A stretch of DNA of 64,000 nucleotides. It comes from Candidatus Komeilibacteria bacterium (GTDB taxonomy: Bacteria > Patescibacteriota > Patescibacteriia > UBA1558). The stretch is from assembly GCA_048538275.1 (NCBI GenBank), contig JBLYPW010000001.1:365928-429927 (forward strand). The letters are read 5' to 3'. Of this stretch, positions 47,477-57,305 are shown one piece after another. The first letter of the stretch is position 1, and every line of letters starts with the position of its first letter. The position numbers and the translations under genes were made by a program. The notes below the pieces were generated by a model that made no database searches, had not been told where the DNA came from, and saw nothing but the letters and a program-made list of their open reading frames with translations.

Positions 47477-48209
47477 CTTTTTGTTGATTTGCTAGTAACC
47501 AAAATTTTACAATCGCTTTATATATTCTCGGTAACCGCCATGGTTGCAATATCAGACGCCACATCCATTCTAAACCGATGATTCTCATTATTTTCGGGGC
47601 TCTTTTAACATTAGTCCAAAAATCAAGAGCGCCTCCTATGCCCATTGCTATTTGTATATTTTGGAAACGAGGTAAATATTCTTTTATGAATAATTGAGCA
47701 AAAGGCGCATTATACGCAACTAATAATATTTTAGCGCCTGATTTATCAATTTTATCAATAATTTTATTATATTCCAATAAAGTGGGTTGATGAATGTCAT
47801 TAAAACCCGAGTCGGTGCCGACTATATTTGCGTCCGGATATTGGGCTTTGATTTTTTTAGCCGCACTATAAGCTACTCCTTCCCTACCGCCCAATAAAAA
47901 AATGGGTTGGCTAGCTATTTTATGATTTGCGAAAATAGCATTGGTAAGATCGCTACCCGGCGCTCGCTTTAATTTTTTTTTCAAAATCAAACGCGCAAAT
48001 AAAATAAGGCCGAAGCCATCAGCAGTTCTAATCTCAGCCTCATTTACAACATTTTGAAAATCAATATTTTTTGAAGCCAGGACTATAAATTCTGGGTTGA
48101 TAGTCACAATATGCAAAGTTTGATCATTGGCCAGAGCATAATTTATCTTCTCCAATGCCTCTTTGATGGATATATTATCAATGATAGTCCCGGCAATTTT
48201 AACAAACAT
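47469..48209 (-). CDS. WecB/TagA/CpsF-family glycosyltransferase (N-acetylmannosaminyltransferase-like)
   Basis: Family-typical segments are present (…TINPEFIV…, …LLGG…, …IGLEWMWRL…). The length is 246 aa. Confidence 0.85.
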   Translation of the reverse strand: MFVKIAGTIIDNISIKEALEKINYALANDQTLHIVTINPEFIVLASKNIDFQNVVNEAEIRTADGFGLILFARLILKKKLKRAPGSDLTNAIFANHKIASQPIFLLGGREGVAYSAAKKIKAQYPDANIVGTDSGFNDIHQPTLLEYNKIIDKIDKSGAKILLVAYNAPFAQLFIKEYLPRFQNIQIAMGIGGALDFWTNVKRAPKIMRIIGLEWMWRLILQPWRLPRIYKAIVKFWLLANQQKDV

Positions 48210-48214
48210 TTTTT

Positions 48215-48772
48215 TTATAAATCAGCATTGAATTGTAGATAATATTTTGATCCTGACTTTTCCAAAATAGAGCTAAAACATTGTAATTGTGATACGCGCC
48301 AAGGCCTACGTACTTTATCATTTAAAGCAAATATATGCTCAGCTAAATTTTGTGGCTTGTGCAGACGACCAATAGTTAAATGCGGTTGCCAATGTAAGGC
48401 TTTGGCATCAAAACTTATCTGTTGGTCTTGTAACTGAGCAAGTAAGCTGTTTTGTAATCGTATCAGCTCCTTATCTGGCTGACTATTTATAATTATTATT
48501 TTGGCTTTATATGGGTTTGGAAAAGCAGATATTTCACTCAACTGTAAATGGGCTGGCTGCCAATTTTTGACCCAAACAGGGATTTTTTTTGCCAATATGG
48601 CAACTGTATCTGTTGCTACCTCACCTAAGAAAGCCAATGTTATATGCCAGTTTTTTTGATCAAGCCAAATAGCATTATTAATATTATGATGAAGTGATCG
48701 CAACTGCTGGGCTAAGGCTTGCTTTATATCATCTGGTATTGCTATGGATAAGAAAATTCTTGCTTTCTTCAT
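48215..48772 (-). CDS. 2H-phosphoesterase / RNA 2',3'-cyclic phosphodiesterase (LigT/ThpR-like)
   Basis: Two H-x-T-x motifs are present (HITLAFLG and HLTIGRL). The length is 185 aa. Confidence 0.8.
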   Translation of the reverse strand: MKKARIFLSIAIPDDIKQALAQQLRSLHHNINNAIWLDQKNWHITLAFLGEVATDTVAILAKKIPVWVKNWQPAHLQLSEISAFPNPYKAKIIIINSQPDKELIRLQNSLLAQLQDQQISFDAKALHWQPHLTIGRLHKPQNLAEHIFALNDKVRRPWRVSQLQCFSSILEKSGSKYYLQFNADL

Positions 48773-48862
48773 CAGCTAAAGTTTAACATTTTTTTAGCTT
48801 GGTGACAACAGTAATTTATGCTATAATTAACAAGAAATTTTTATTATTTATAAACAAAATAA

Positions 48863-50281
48863 ATGCATAATAAGCGTCATTTAATAGTGGTTATCAGTTT
48901 TATTTTAATTGCGCTATACTTTAATTTACCTATAACTAAAGCAGCGGAATACGAAGACGGGGGCGCTTTTGATGGCAATTTTATTGTCGCTGATTATCAT
49001 TTTACTGATACAAGGTCCATGTCGCTTGAACAAATTGCCAGCTGGCTACGCCAGCGCGGTACTTTAGCCGATTATATTGACCCAAAAACTAAATTATCTG
49101 CACCCTTTATTATTTATAATGCAGCTCAGGATTATGGTATCAGCCCTAAAATTTTACTTGTCTTATTACAAAAAGAGCAAAGCTTAGTAGAGGATGACTC
49201 GCCCACTAAAAACCAATATGATTGGGCCACTGGCTATAGTTGCTATGGCGGACAATGTGATGAGCAATATCGTGGCTTTAGCCAACAAATCAGAGGAGCA
49301 GCTCGTCGCTTTATGTTAAGTTATTGGCCTGAATTGGAAAAAACGGGTTGTACTTTTACCAAATGGTGCGTTGGCGTACCAAAATTAAGCCAAGACAATA
49401 TTTGGATTGTGCCGGCTAACAAGGCCACTGCCGCTTTATATACCTATAATCCTTATCGCGGCAACTCAACCATGAACGGTTTACGTATCGGAGCAAATTA
49501 TAATTTTTGGAAAATTTGGCAAAGATGGTTTGCCCAAAGTTACCCAGATGGTAGTTTGCTAAAAGCAAAAGATTCAGCTAAAGTTTATTTGATCAAAAAT
49601 GGTCAAAAACGCTGGATTGCCTCTTACACCACTCTAGCCACCCGTTATGATGCCAATAATATTATTACTGTTCCAACGGATGAGTTGAATGGCTATCCGG
49701 ATGGTCCAGATATTAAATTCCCCTTATACGCTTTGGTGAGAACGCCCAATGGATCAATTTATTTAATTGCTGATGATAGTAAACGGATGATCGTCTCTTG
49801 GGAGGTGTTTCGTACTATCGGTTTTAATCCCGAAGAAATTGAAGATATATCTTTCAGTGATTTAGCTGGCATTCCCAGTGGAGCACCACTGACATTGTAT
49901 GACGCTTATCCGGCCGGCGCTGTCTTGCAGGATAAAGAAACAAACGAGTTATATTATGTAGAAAGTGGTATTAAACGCCGTATTGCCGACCAAGCTATAA
50001 TAGCCAATCGCTATCCCACCTACACGAGCACTCTAGTCAGCCATAAAGAATTACTAAATTATGAAGAAAGTGACCCGATAACTTTTCGCGATGGTACCTT
50101 GGTCAAAACCGTCAATGATTCATCAGTCTATGTCATATCTAATGGCCAACGTCGTTTGATCTCTTCAGCTGCTATATTTGATAGCTATGGGTACAATTGG
50201 AACAATATTGTAAACACATCAACTGAGGCTTTGGCTATACATCCTCTGGGTGACCCCTTAACCATGTTTGATAATCAATAA
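48863..50281 (+). CDS. Secreted hypothetical protein with four internal ~55-aa repeats
   Basis: It has a signal peptide. The motif (V/I/L)Y(L/V/Y)I…(N/D/S)G.(K/R)R.I recurs four times (AKVYLIKNGQKRWIAS; GSIYLIADDSKRMIVS; NELYYVESGIKRRIAD; SSVYVISNGQRRLISS). Confidence 0.6.
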   Translation: MHNKRHLIVVISFILIALYFNLPITKAAEYEDGGAFDGNFIVADYHFTDTRSMSLEQIASWLRQRGTLADYIDPKTKLSAPFIIYNAAQDYGISPKILLVLLQKEQSLVEDDSPTKNQYDWATGYSCYGGQCDEQYRGFSQQIRGAARRFMLSYWPELEKTGCTFTKWCVGVPKLSQDNIWIVPANKATAALYTYNPYRGNSTMNGLRIGANYNFWKIWQRWFAQSYPDGSLLKAKDSAKVYLIKNGQKRWIASYTTLATRYDANNIITVPTDELNGYPDGPDIKFPLYALVRTPNGSIYLIADDSKRMIVSWEVFRTIGFNPEEIEDISFSDLAGIPSGAPLTLYDAYPAGAVLQDKETNELYYVESGIKRRIADQAIIANRYPTYTSTLVSHKELLNYEESDPITFRDGTLVKTVNDSSVYVISNGQRRLISSAAIFDSYGYNWNNIVNTSTEALAIHPLGDPLTMFDNQ

Positions 50282-50285
50282 CTTT

Positions 50286-51074
50286 ATGTCTTTAAACTTA
50301 GCAGCTTTTCTGCCTCATCCACCACTTGCCATACCAACCATTGGCGGTGATAATATAAAAGCTGTAGCAGCTACAATAAAGGCCTATCAACATATTCAAG
50401 AGCAAATTTATCAGGCCCGTTTGGACACTCTAATAATAATATCAGCTCACGGTCATAGTTTAGAACAGGCTTTTGCTATTAACCATGCTCCGCAAATGCA
50501 TTTTGATTTTAGTCAATTTGGTGATCTTAATGAATATCAAATTATAAACAATGACATGAGTCTTGGTTATAATTTACGTGAATATATGGAGACGCGCATC
50601 CCTGTGGTACTTTATAATGAAGAAGCTATAGATTATGGCGCTGCTGTACCGCTTTATTATCTGTTGCAAAACCAACCCAATATTATGGTTGTTCCTGTGC
50701 ATACCAGCCATCTTAATTATGAAAGACATGTCCAGTTTGGAGAAATGATAAAAGAAATCACTTGGCGTTCTAACAAACGTATTGGTGTGATCGCAGCTGG
50801 GGATTTATCGCATACCTTGACTGAAGAAGCGCCCGCTGGTTTTAACCCAGCCGGCAAAGAATTTGATAAGCTGATCATCAGCCTAATTAAGCAAAAACAA
50901 TTGGCTAGTCTTGGTAATATATCCAGCGATTTAGTTAACCAAGCAGTGACTTGTGGCTATCGTCCGTTTTTGACATTGCTTGGTATTACCAAAAATGTAG
51001 CCTGGCAACCTGATGTGCTAGCCTATGAAGCGCCGGTTGGAGTGGGTTATCTTTCTTTGCAGTTTATTCTTTAG
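50286..51074 (+). CDS. LigB/Memo-like (class III extradiol dioxygenase fold) protein
   Basis: The N-terminus AAFLPHPPLAIPTIGG…IIISAHG resembles the LigB/AmmeMemoRadiSam-B start. An ATG at 50286 is preferred over the TTG at 50268. Confidence 0.55.
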   Translation: MSLNLAAFLPHPPLAIPTIGGDNIKAVAATIKAYQHIQEQIYQARLDTLIIISAHGHSLEQAFAINHAPQMHFDFSQFGDLNEYQIINNDMSLGYNLREYMETRIPVVLYNEEAIDYGAAVPLYYLLQNQPNIMVVPVHTSHLNYERHVQFGEMIKEITWRSNKRIGVIAAGDLSHTLTEEAPAGFNPAGKEFDKLIISLIKQKQLASLGNISSDLVNQAVTCGYRPFLTLLGITKNVAWQPDVLAYEAPVGVGYLSLQFIL

Positions 51075-51077
51075 TAT

Positions 51078-52910
51078 ATGAGCTTTGTTCAAATAATACC
51101 AATCATGAGGCTGCCTCTCGGACAGTCTAATTATTTTGATTATCGTATTCCTAAAAATATAAACCGAGATAATATAAAGCGTGGTCAAATAGTAGATATT
51201 GTTTTGCGCGGTAGAAAATTATCAGGCGTGGTTTGGGGAATAACAAAAAATAGTACAGTTGCTAATGTTAAAGAATTTAGTGCTCTGTGGCCAGATAGCT
51301 TTTCTATCAAATCTTCTCAGCTTGATACATTGCCAAACCTTGCTAAAATATTAAGGTCTTCGTGGCCGCAAACTTTATTTACCCTGACCCTCCCTCTGAC
51401 CAAACGTAAAACACATACTCACCTACCAAATTATCAGTCGGTAAAAAAAAATATACAGTCTATTGATTTACCAAAACCACGGGCTAAAACCTTTATAGAA
51501 TATCAAAACTATGATCAGGCAATTTCACTGTATTGTAATATTATTAAACGATTAGAGGATAAAGAACAAATATTAATATGCGTACCAAATAAAATCACTG
51601 GCCTGAGAATAGCAAGTATCATCAAAGGAGCGGGCATGCAACAGCAACCGCTATTGATAAGCGCTGATTTGAATAAGGGTCAAGCAAGTCAAGTCTGGCA
51701 AGCAGTTGCCAGTGGTCAGCAAGTAGTAGTAATCGGTACCAAAAAATCATTATGGTTACCGTGGTACAATTTGGCTTATATTATAATTGATCAAGCAGCT
51801 GACACCGCTCATCATCAATGGGATAATCAACCGCGTTATAATATAGCTTGGCTTGCTAAAACTTTTGCAGAGCAAAATAATAGCAAACTAATTTGGCTTG
51901 ATAATATGCCTTCTCCTAGGCAATATCACCTGATCAAACAAGAGCAATGGCCATATTGGCGACTGCCCGCTCAGCATATTGATAAAGTACAAATAAAAGT
52001 AAATATTGGACAGTGGCTGAGTTTAGAGATTATTGATATAATTAATGCTGCTCTAGCTCAGCAAGAGAAAGTATTGATCCTAAGCAATCGGCTGCATTAT
52101 GGACGTCAACTAATATGTCAAGATTGTCAATATGTCTGGCTATGTCCACACTGTTCATTGCCCTATCAAGTTGACGATGATCAGCAGATGCTTACTTGTT
52201 ATCATTGCCTAAAAAGTGAGAGCGTGCCCACTGTTTGTCCAAACTGCCACGGCAGTAGATTATATACTCAAGGATGGGGTTTAGAGCGCCTACAGCAAGC
52301 TTTGACAAAACAGTTTAATAATGCTAATATTAAAACTTTCAGCTCGGCTGACAAAAACATTCCTCAGGCTGATATTTTATTAAGTTCATCAGCCATTTGG
52401 CAACACTTATGGCAATTTAATCCGACTAAAATTATTATTCCCATAGCTGAACAATGGTTAACTCCGGTAGATCTAGATACTAAATGGCGCTGGCTTTATG
52501 AAATTAGACGTTGGCGCAGCTGGGGCGTACCGTTATTAATACAAACATACAATGAGGCAGAATGGGCGGATTTTATTGACAATCCACTTGCTCTGGTGCG
52601 CAATGAATTGCGGTCATTAGCTAGGCTGGGTTTGCCTCCCTTTGCTCAAATAGTAAAGGTGATAATCAAAGATTCAAACAAAGCCAGGGCATTAGCCAAA
52701 GCCTGGGAACAAAGAAAAAAAATTGCTCAACTTTTACCCCAAGCAAAAATTAGCGCACCACAACAAACCATACCGACTATTCGTCATCAGCAATATCAAC
52801 AACAGCTGATCGTCACTAATTTAAAATCAAACGATATAAATAAGTTGATAAAAGCAAAAACAAAGAATATAAGTTTTGACATTAATCCAGTGAAAATTTT
52901 AAGTCTATGA
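51078..52910 (+). CDS. priA: Primosomal protein N' (PriA) homologue with degenerate helicase motifs
   Basis: The N-terminal 3'-DNA-binding domain is present (…RLPLGQSNYFDYRIP…GQIVDIVLRGRKLSGVVWGI). The Cys-rich zinc region reads CQDCQ…CPHC…CYHC…CPNC, and the C-terminal domain is present. Walker A is absent (FIEYQNYDQAISLY in place of GVTGSGKTEVY). Walker B is IIIDQAAD rather than IVIDEEHD. Confidence 0.8.
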   Translation: MSFVQIIPIMRLPLGQSNYFDYRIPKNINRDNIKRGQIVDIVLRGRKLSGVVWGITKNSTVANVKEFSALWPDSFSIKSSQLDTLPNLAKILRSSWPQTLFTLTLPLTKRKTHTHLPNYQSVKKNIQSIDLPKPRAKTFIEYQNYDQAISLYCNIIKRLEDKEQILICVPNKITGLRIASIIKGAGMQQQPLLISADLNKGQASQVWQAVASGQQVVVIGTKKSLWLPWYNLAYIIIDQAADTAHHQWDNQPRYNIAWLAKTFAEQNNSKLIWLDNMPSPRQYHLIKQEQWPYWRLPAQHIDKVQIKVNIGQWLSLEIIDIINAALAQQEKVLILSNRLHYGRQLICQDCQYVWLCPHCSLPYQVDDDQQMLTCYHCLKSESVPTVCPNCHGSRLYTQGWGLERLQQALTKQFNNANIKTFSSADKNIPQADILLSSSAIWQHLWQFNPTKIIIPIAEQWLTPVDLDTKWRWLYEIRRWRSWGVPLLIQTYNEAEWADFIDNPLALVRNELRSLARLGLPPFAQIVKVIIKDSNKARALAKAWEQRKKIAQLLPQAKISAPQQTIPTIRHQQYQQQLIVTNLKSNDINKLIKAKTKNISFDINPVKILSL

Positions 52911-53392
52911 TTTTACCTGTTTTAAAAGCACCCCATCCGTGGTTAAGAAATAAATCTCAGCCGGTTGATAATATTATGTCGGCCGATTTTCAGGACTGGC
53001 TAGACCAACTATATGAAACGATGCGTCAGGAAGATGGCGTGGGTTTGGCGGCCCGACAAGTAGGCCGAGAAGAGGACGTTTTTGTTATTGATTATGGGCA
53101 TGGTCCGATGTTTTTTATAAATGCTAAGATTATTCATAAATCAAAAAAACAAAACGAAGATGAAGAAGGTTGTTTATCCGTACCGGGAGTGTATGGCATG
53201 GTTAAACGTTCTGTTAGTTTGGTAATAAAATATTATGACCGACAAGGTCAGTGGCATATCAAGCGATTTAAGGATTTAGCGGCTCGTATTATTCAACATG
53301 AAAAAGATCATAATTTAGGGATTCTATTTATAGATAAAGTGACTCGCTATACTGCCGGAGAAGAATTGCTAACTAGCTATCAGGATGCGTAA
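52907..53392 (+). CDS. def: Peptide deformylase
   Basis: The three deformylase motifs are GLAARQVG, EGCLSVPG and HEKDHNLG. Confidence 0.95.
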   Translation: MILPVLKAPHPWLRNKSQPVDNIMSADFQDWLDQLYETMRQEDGVGLAARQVGREEDVFVIDYGHGPMFFINAKIIHKSKKQNEDEEGCLSVPGVYGMVKRSVSLVIKYYDRQGQWHIKRFKDLAARIIQHEKDHNLGILFIDKVTRYTAGEELLTSYQDA

Positions 53393-54323
53393 AAAAATTT
53401 TATTTTTATCATCTGATGACATTGCTCTGAATACTATTCTGGCTTTACATCAGCAATACGATATTACTGTAGTTAGCAAAGCGGATAAACCGAAAAAAAG
53501 ATCAGGGCAAGCCCAGGCCAATGTTTTAGTTGAGGCTTTAAAAAAAGATCCGGCAGGTCAGCTCATCCCGATTATAAAAATTTCTCAAAAAGAAAAAGAG
53601 TGGTGGCAACAATGGTCAGCTGATCAGTTTTCGGCAGTGATCACGTTTTCCTTTGGCATGATTCTACCGGCTGATTTTTTAGATTATTGGCATATGCCAA
53701 CCATAAATATACACCCCTCCTTATTGCCCCAGTGGCGCGGGCCCTCTCCCCTACAGGCCGCCCTATTGCACAACCAAAATCACACTGCTCTGACTTATAT
53801 GCTGATGTCGGCCGGTATGGACGAAGGTGATATTTTACGTCAAATAAAGTTTTCTATAGATCCGGATTGGACTATTTTAAAATTACGACAAGCGGTGGCA
53901 AAATTAAGCGAGGTCAGTATTATTCCTTTTTTACAAGACTGGCAAGCTAATAAAATTATTGCTATACGCCAAGACAATAACCAAGCTACTTATTGCTCTA
54001 TGATTAGTAAGGATGATGGACGTATTGACTGGCAACAGTCGGCTGAGGATATATATAATCAATATCGAGCCTATATAAATTGGCCCGGTGTATTCACTAC
54101 CTGGCAAAATAAACTTTTGTTTTTACGCAATATTAGGCCAATTGAGACGACTTTAGACAACTTACCTGGCCAAGTCACATTAACAAAGGATAAAAAAGTG
54201 CAAATTAGCTGTGGTCAAGGCGCTATTGAAGTATTAGAATTACAATTAGCCGGTAAAAAAAAGCTGGCCGCAGATGATTTTCTCCGTGGCCATGCTACAT
54301 TTATTCACGCTAGATTGATTTAG
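53385..54323 (+). CDS. fmt: Methionyl-tRNA formyltransferase
   Basis: …INIHPSLLPQWRGPSPLQAALL… matches Fmt. It is def-fmt syntenic, overlapping def. Confidence 0.95.
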   Translation: MRKKILFLSSDDIALNTILALHQQYDITVVSKADKPKKRSGQAQANVLVEALKKDPAGQLIPIIKISQKEKEWWQQWSADQFSAVITFSFGMILPADFLDYWHMPTINIHPSLLPQWRGPSPLQAALLHNQNHTALTYMLMSAGMDEGDILRQIKFSIDPDWTILKLRQAVAKLSEVSIIPFLQDWQANKIIAIRQDNNQATYCSMISKDDGRIDWQQSAEDIYNQYRAYINWPGVFTTWQNKLLFLRNIRPIETTLDNLPGQVTLTKDKKVQISCGQGAIEVLELQLAGKKKLAADDFLRGHATFIHARLI

Positions 54324-55853
54324 TTATTTTTTTTCTGTGACCCAAAAGCCCAGTCTAAACTTTCCCCCCAACAGCAATCGTGTTTGGGCGTCAACAGCCG
54401 GTATAGAGCCAAATAATATCATAGAAATAGGAAATATCGCCCACTGGAAAAACATTATTAAATATTTAGCCCAGTGATATTTTTTTGGTCTAGTTGGTAA
54501 TAAAATAGTTGAAAACAAAGCGGTCACCAATAGGCCAACCATTGCTACGGACATTAAAAATTGTAATATATAAGGCGCTTGTTGCGCCACATATGTAGTC
54601 TCTACATCACGCCCCGCTACCCATAAAGGCAATCTACCCAAAATAAATATTAATAAAGGCGCTGTGGCCCACGAATAAACTCCTTCCGTTTGGTTCCATA
54701 AATAACGAAATTTTTTTGTTAGCGGGATAGCCTTATTTTTATAAAAATTCCACGCCATATAAGGAAAATGTTCTACCCCCCAAGCCCAACGACGCATTTG
54801 TTTATACTGATTGACCAGAGAGCGCCAAAATTTACCCATATAGACTGTATTCATAGAAACCGGTATATACATCGGTTTGACTTGATAATTGCCATTATAA
54901 TAGATAAAACATTGCAAAAAAATACGAGAATCTTCCGTAACAATATCGTTTTGCCAAAAACCAACATCCACCAAAGCGCGCCAGCTCATACTGTGTGAAG
55001 AAAAAGTAAATAAGCGCTCCGGCCGAGCCATGTCTGTCAACAACCAAAAAGTTGTAGAATTTGCTACGACCCTGGTAAGAAAATTAGATTCCCAAATATT
55101 ATTATGATAAAAAGCCAATGGTTGGTAACTACATCGGGTGGGATCCTCCGTAGTCAAATATTGATAAGTCAAATAGGAAAAATATTCAGGATGAACCTGC
55201 GTGTCTATATCAAAACAGGAAACAATAATTTTATCATAATCCCAACCCTGCTTATCAATATACTGTTTAGTAATATGTCCGGCATAATTTAAATTTGAAC
55301 CTTTGCCGGGTATTTCACCTGGTACAGCAGCCGGATGAACAGTGATCAACAAATCATTAAAGAAAATACCAAACTTGGCTTTTATTTTTTTTGCTGATAA
55401 TAAGAAATTATCCTTGTCTCTTTCCTCCCCCGCTAATACTATAGTCATCTTATCAAGCGGATATTTACTTCGTTGTAAACTTCTAAAAGTTTCCTCTAAG
55501 ACTTCATATGGCTCTGTATATGTCGGTAAAAAAATAAGATGATGATAATCTTTCCATTTTTTATCCTTGATTGATTTGACCTTTTCCAACCAGTTAATTT
55601 TAGCATCTCTATGATAACGCCGCCAAGAAACAAATAAATATATCATCATATAACCCACCCGAATAAACCAATAGAGATCAAAAATTATAATAAAATAAAT
55701 CGCATAAAGTGGACGCCAAAAAGAAACGACTATTGCGAGCAGCAAAGTCGTCCATACTAAAATCCCTGGCAGCATTTCCAGAGATCTGTAAATAAAATAA
55801 TTTTTAGTCTTCGGTTTTGCCATTATTGGTACTAAGTAAATTCTCAGGCACAT
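54324..55853 (-). CDS. Processive family-2 glycosyltransferase (cellulose/chitin/hyaluronan-synthase-like), polytopic membrane
   Basis: D, DxD and the Q(Q/R)xRW motif (QMRRWAWG) lie in the cytoplasmic GT-A domain flanked by TM helices. The stop codon abuts the convergent fmt stop. An alternative start lies at 55823 (MAKPK…). Confidence 0.8.
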   Translation of the reverse strand: MCLRIYLVPIMAKPKTKNYFIYRSLEMLPGILVWTTLLLAIVVSFWRPLYAIYFIIIFDLYWFIRVGYMMIYLFVSWRRYHRDAKINWLEKVKSIKDKKWKDYHHLIFLPTYTEPYEVLEETFRSLQRSKYPLDKMTIVLAGEERDKDNFLLSAKKIKAKFGIFFNDLLITVHPAAVPGEIPGKGSNLNYAGHITKQYIDKQGWDYDKIIVSCFDIDTQVHPEYFSYLTYQYLTTEDPTRCSYQPLAFYHNNIWESNFLTRVVANSTTFWLLTDMARPERLFTFSSHSMSWRALVDVGFWQNDIVTEDSRIFLQCFIYYNGNYQVKPMYIPVSMNTVYMGKFWRSLVNQYKQMRRWAWGVEHFPYMAWNFYKNKAIPLTKKFRYLWNQTEGVYSWATAPLLIFILGRLPLWVAGRDVETTYVAQQAPYILQFLMSVAMVGLLVTALFSTILLPTRPKKYHWAKYLIMFFQWAIFPISMILFGSIPAVDAQTRLLLGGKFRLGFWVTEKK

Positions 55854-56385
55854 CCCCTACTCGGGCATAGTCATAGTAAATATAGATCTTTTTACTAGGT
55901 AAATATTCTATACGTTGCACTAGGCCGGTGGAGGAAAAATAAGCGCGCAGTGATTGATTATTAACATAAAAATCATAACCAGTCAAACCGACTGCCTCGG
56001 TTTGGAGATGTAGCGCTTGTTTGTCAGTCAGGGCTATCATTGCTAGCTGATAAGGATCAAAAGCCATGTTTATATTGTCAGTAAAAGGCGGTAAAACCAA
56101 CCAGTCGCCATCTTGTTCCAGCCACTGCTGGTTATTTCTTAGATCAATTATAATATCAGCTTGTTTGTCAGCTTCTAATCTCATGCGCTCACCCACTCTA
56201 TAAAGAGTAACGGTTTTATCAGGATAGTGTAATACGACTTGATAATTTTTAGTCGGTAAAGACAAAGTAACTGATGCGGTCTTCTTCTGCGCTGCGCTTT
56301 GCCATATTATATAACCAAAAATTACTAATATTAAAAAAATAAATATTAATAATCCAATCAGGTTTATATGGGCACGATTACTCAT
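55804..56385 (-). CDS. Membrane-anchored hypothetical protein co-transcribed upstream of the GT2 synthase
   Basis: It has an N-terminal TM helix (LIGLLIFIFLILVIFGYIIW) and a ~160-aa extracytoplasmic domain. The 3' end overlaps the GT2 start. Confidence 0.5.
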   Translation of the reverse strand: MSNRAHINLIGLLIFIFLILVIFGYIIWQSAAQKKTASVTLSLPTKNYQVVLHYPDKTVTLYRVGERMRLEADKQADIIIDLRNNQQWLEQDGDWLVLPPFTDNINMAFDPYQLAMIALTDKQALHLQTEAVGLTGYDFYVNNQSLRAYFSSTGLVQRIEYLPSKKIYIYYDYARVGDVPENLLSTNNGKTED

Positions 56386-56389
56386 TGCT

Positions 56390-57028
56390 CTATTTAAGCT
56401 CTATAGTGTTAATAATAATGTCGCTTAAGGGTTTGTCATTGACATCGCGCGCTGTTTTACTTATTTTTTCAGCCACATCTAGACCGTCTATAACCTTACC
56501 AAAATTAGTATGCTGCCCGTCCAACCAAGGCGTGCTATCAGCGGTAACAATAAAAAATTGGCTGCCATTGGTATTGGCGCCACTATTGGCCATAGCCAAT
56601 GAACCCTTGACTAATTTGTGATTATTGAATTCGTCAGTAAATCTATAGCCCGGCCCGCCGGTGCCGTAAAGATTAGTTTTATCGGTCTTGCTAATGGGAT
56701 CTCCACCTTGGATCATAAAATCTGGAATTACCCTATGCCATTTGGTATTATCATAAAAACCAATACTAGCTAAATAAAACCAATTGTTCACCGTAATTGG
56801 TGAATCATCCTGATAAAATTCAAGCGTAATATCACCAACATTGGTGTGAATAATAGCTTGGCTAAATTTATCCAATAAGTTAGGTTGTTGTGCCGGCGGC
56901 AATGGATTTTCCATAATAATATCATTAGATGGTTTATTAGTAGATGTTATATTATCAACTGGCGCTTGATTAGTACAACCGGTCAATAAAAATAAAAAAC
57001 CGAAAGCTATAATTGTTTGTTTGAGCAT
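56390..57028 (-). CDS. Cyclophilin-type peptidyl-prolyl cis-trans isomerase (lipoprotein)
   Basis: A lipobox (LLTGC) is present, and the cyclophilin core reads …HRVIPDFMIQGGDP…GSQFFI…. Confidence 0.9.
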   Translation of the reverse strand: MLKQTIIAFGFLFLLTGCTNQAPVDNITSTNKPSNDIIMENPLPPAQQPNLLDKFSQAIIHTNVGDITLEFYQDDSPITVNNWFYLASIGFYDNTKWHRVIPDFMIQGGDPISKTDKTNLYGTGGPGYRFTDEFNNHKLVKGSLAMANSGANTNGSQFFIVTADSTPWLDGQHTNFGKVIDGLDVAEKISKTARDVNDKPLSDIIINTIELK

Positions 57029-57098
57029 ATATTTTATTAATATTTAAAACCAAAACAACATTGCATGGCGGGTTTGCCATGGTTAATGCAAATAAGAA

Positions 57099-57305
57099 CT
57101 ATTTCTTACCCCACTTGCCTACACCGAAAACAGCATAAAGGGCAGCTAAACCGACCAGAGCGTAGATAATTCTCGTCACCACGGACATGGCGCCAAAAAC
57201 TGCGGCCACAAGGTCAAATCCGAAAAAACCAACTAGGCCCCAATTTAATCCACCGATTAGAATTAAAACAATAATGGCCCCGTCAAATGAGTTAAATTTT
57301 TGCAT
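57099..57305 (-). CDS. DUF378-like small membrane protein (68 aa)
   Basis: It has two TM helices (…GGLNWGLVGFFGFDLVAAVFG…), typical of the DUF378/YuzA family. Confidence 0.6.
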   Translation of the reverse strand: MQKFNSFDGAIIVLILIGGLNWGLVGFFGFDLVAAVFGAMSVVTRIIYALVGLAALYAVFGVGKWGKK

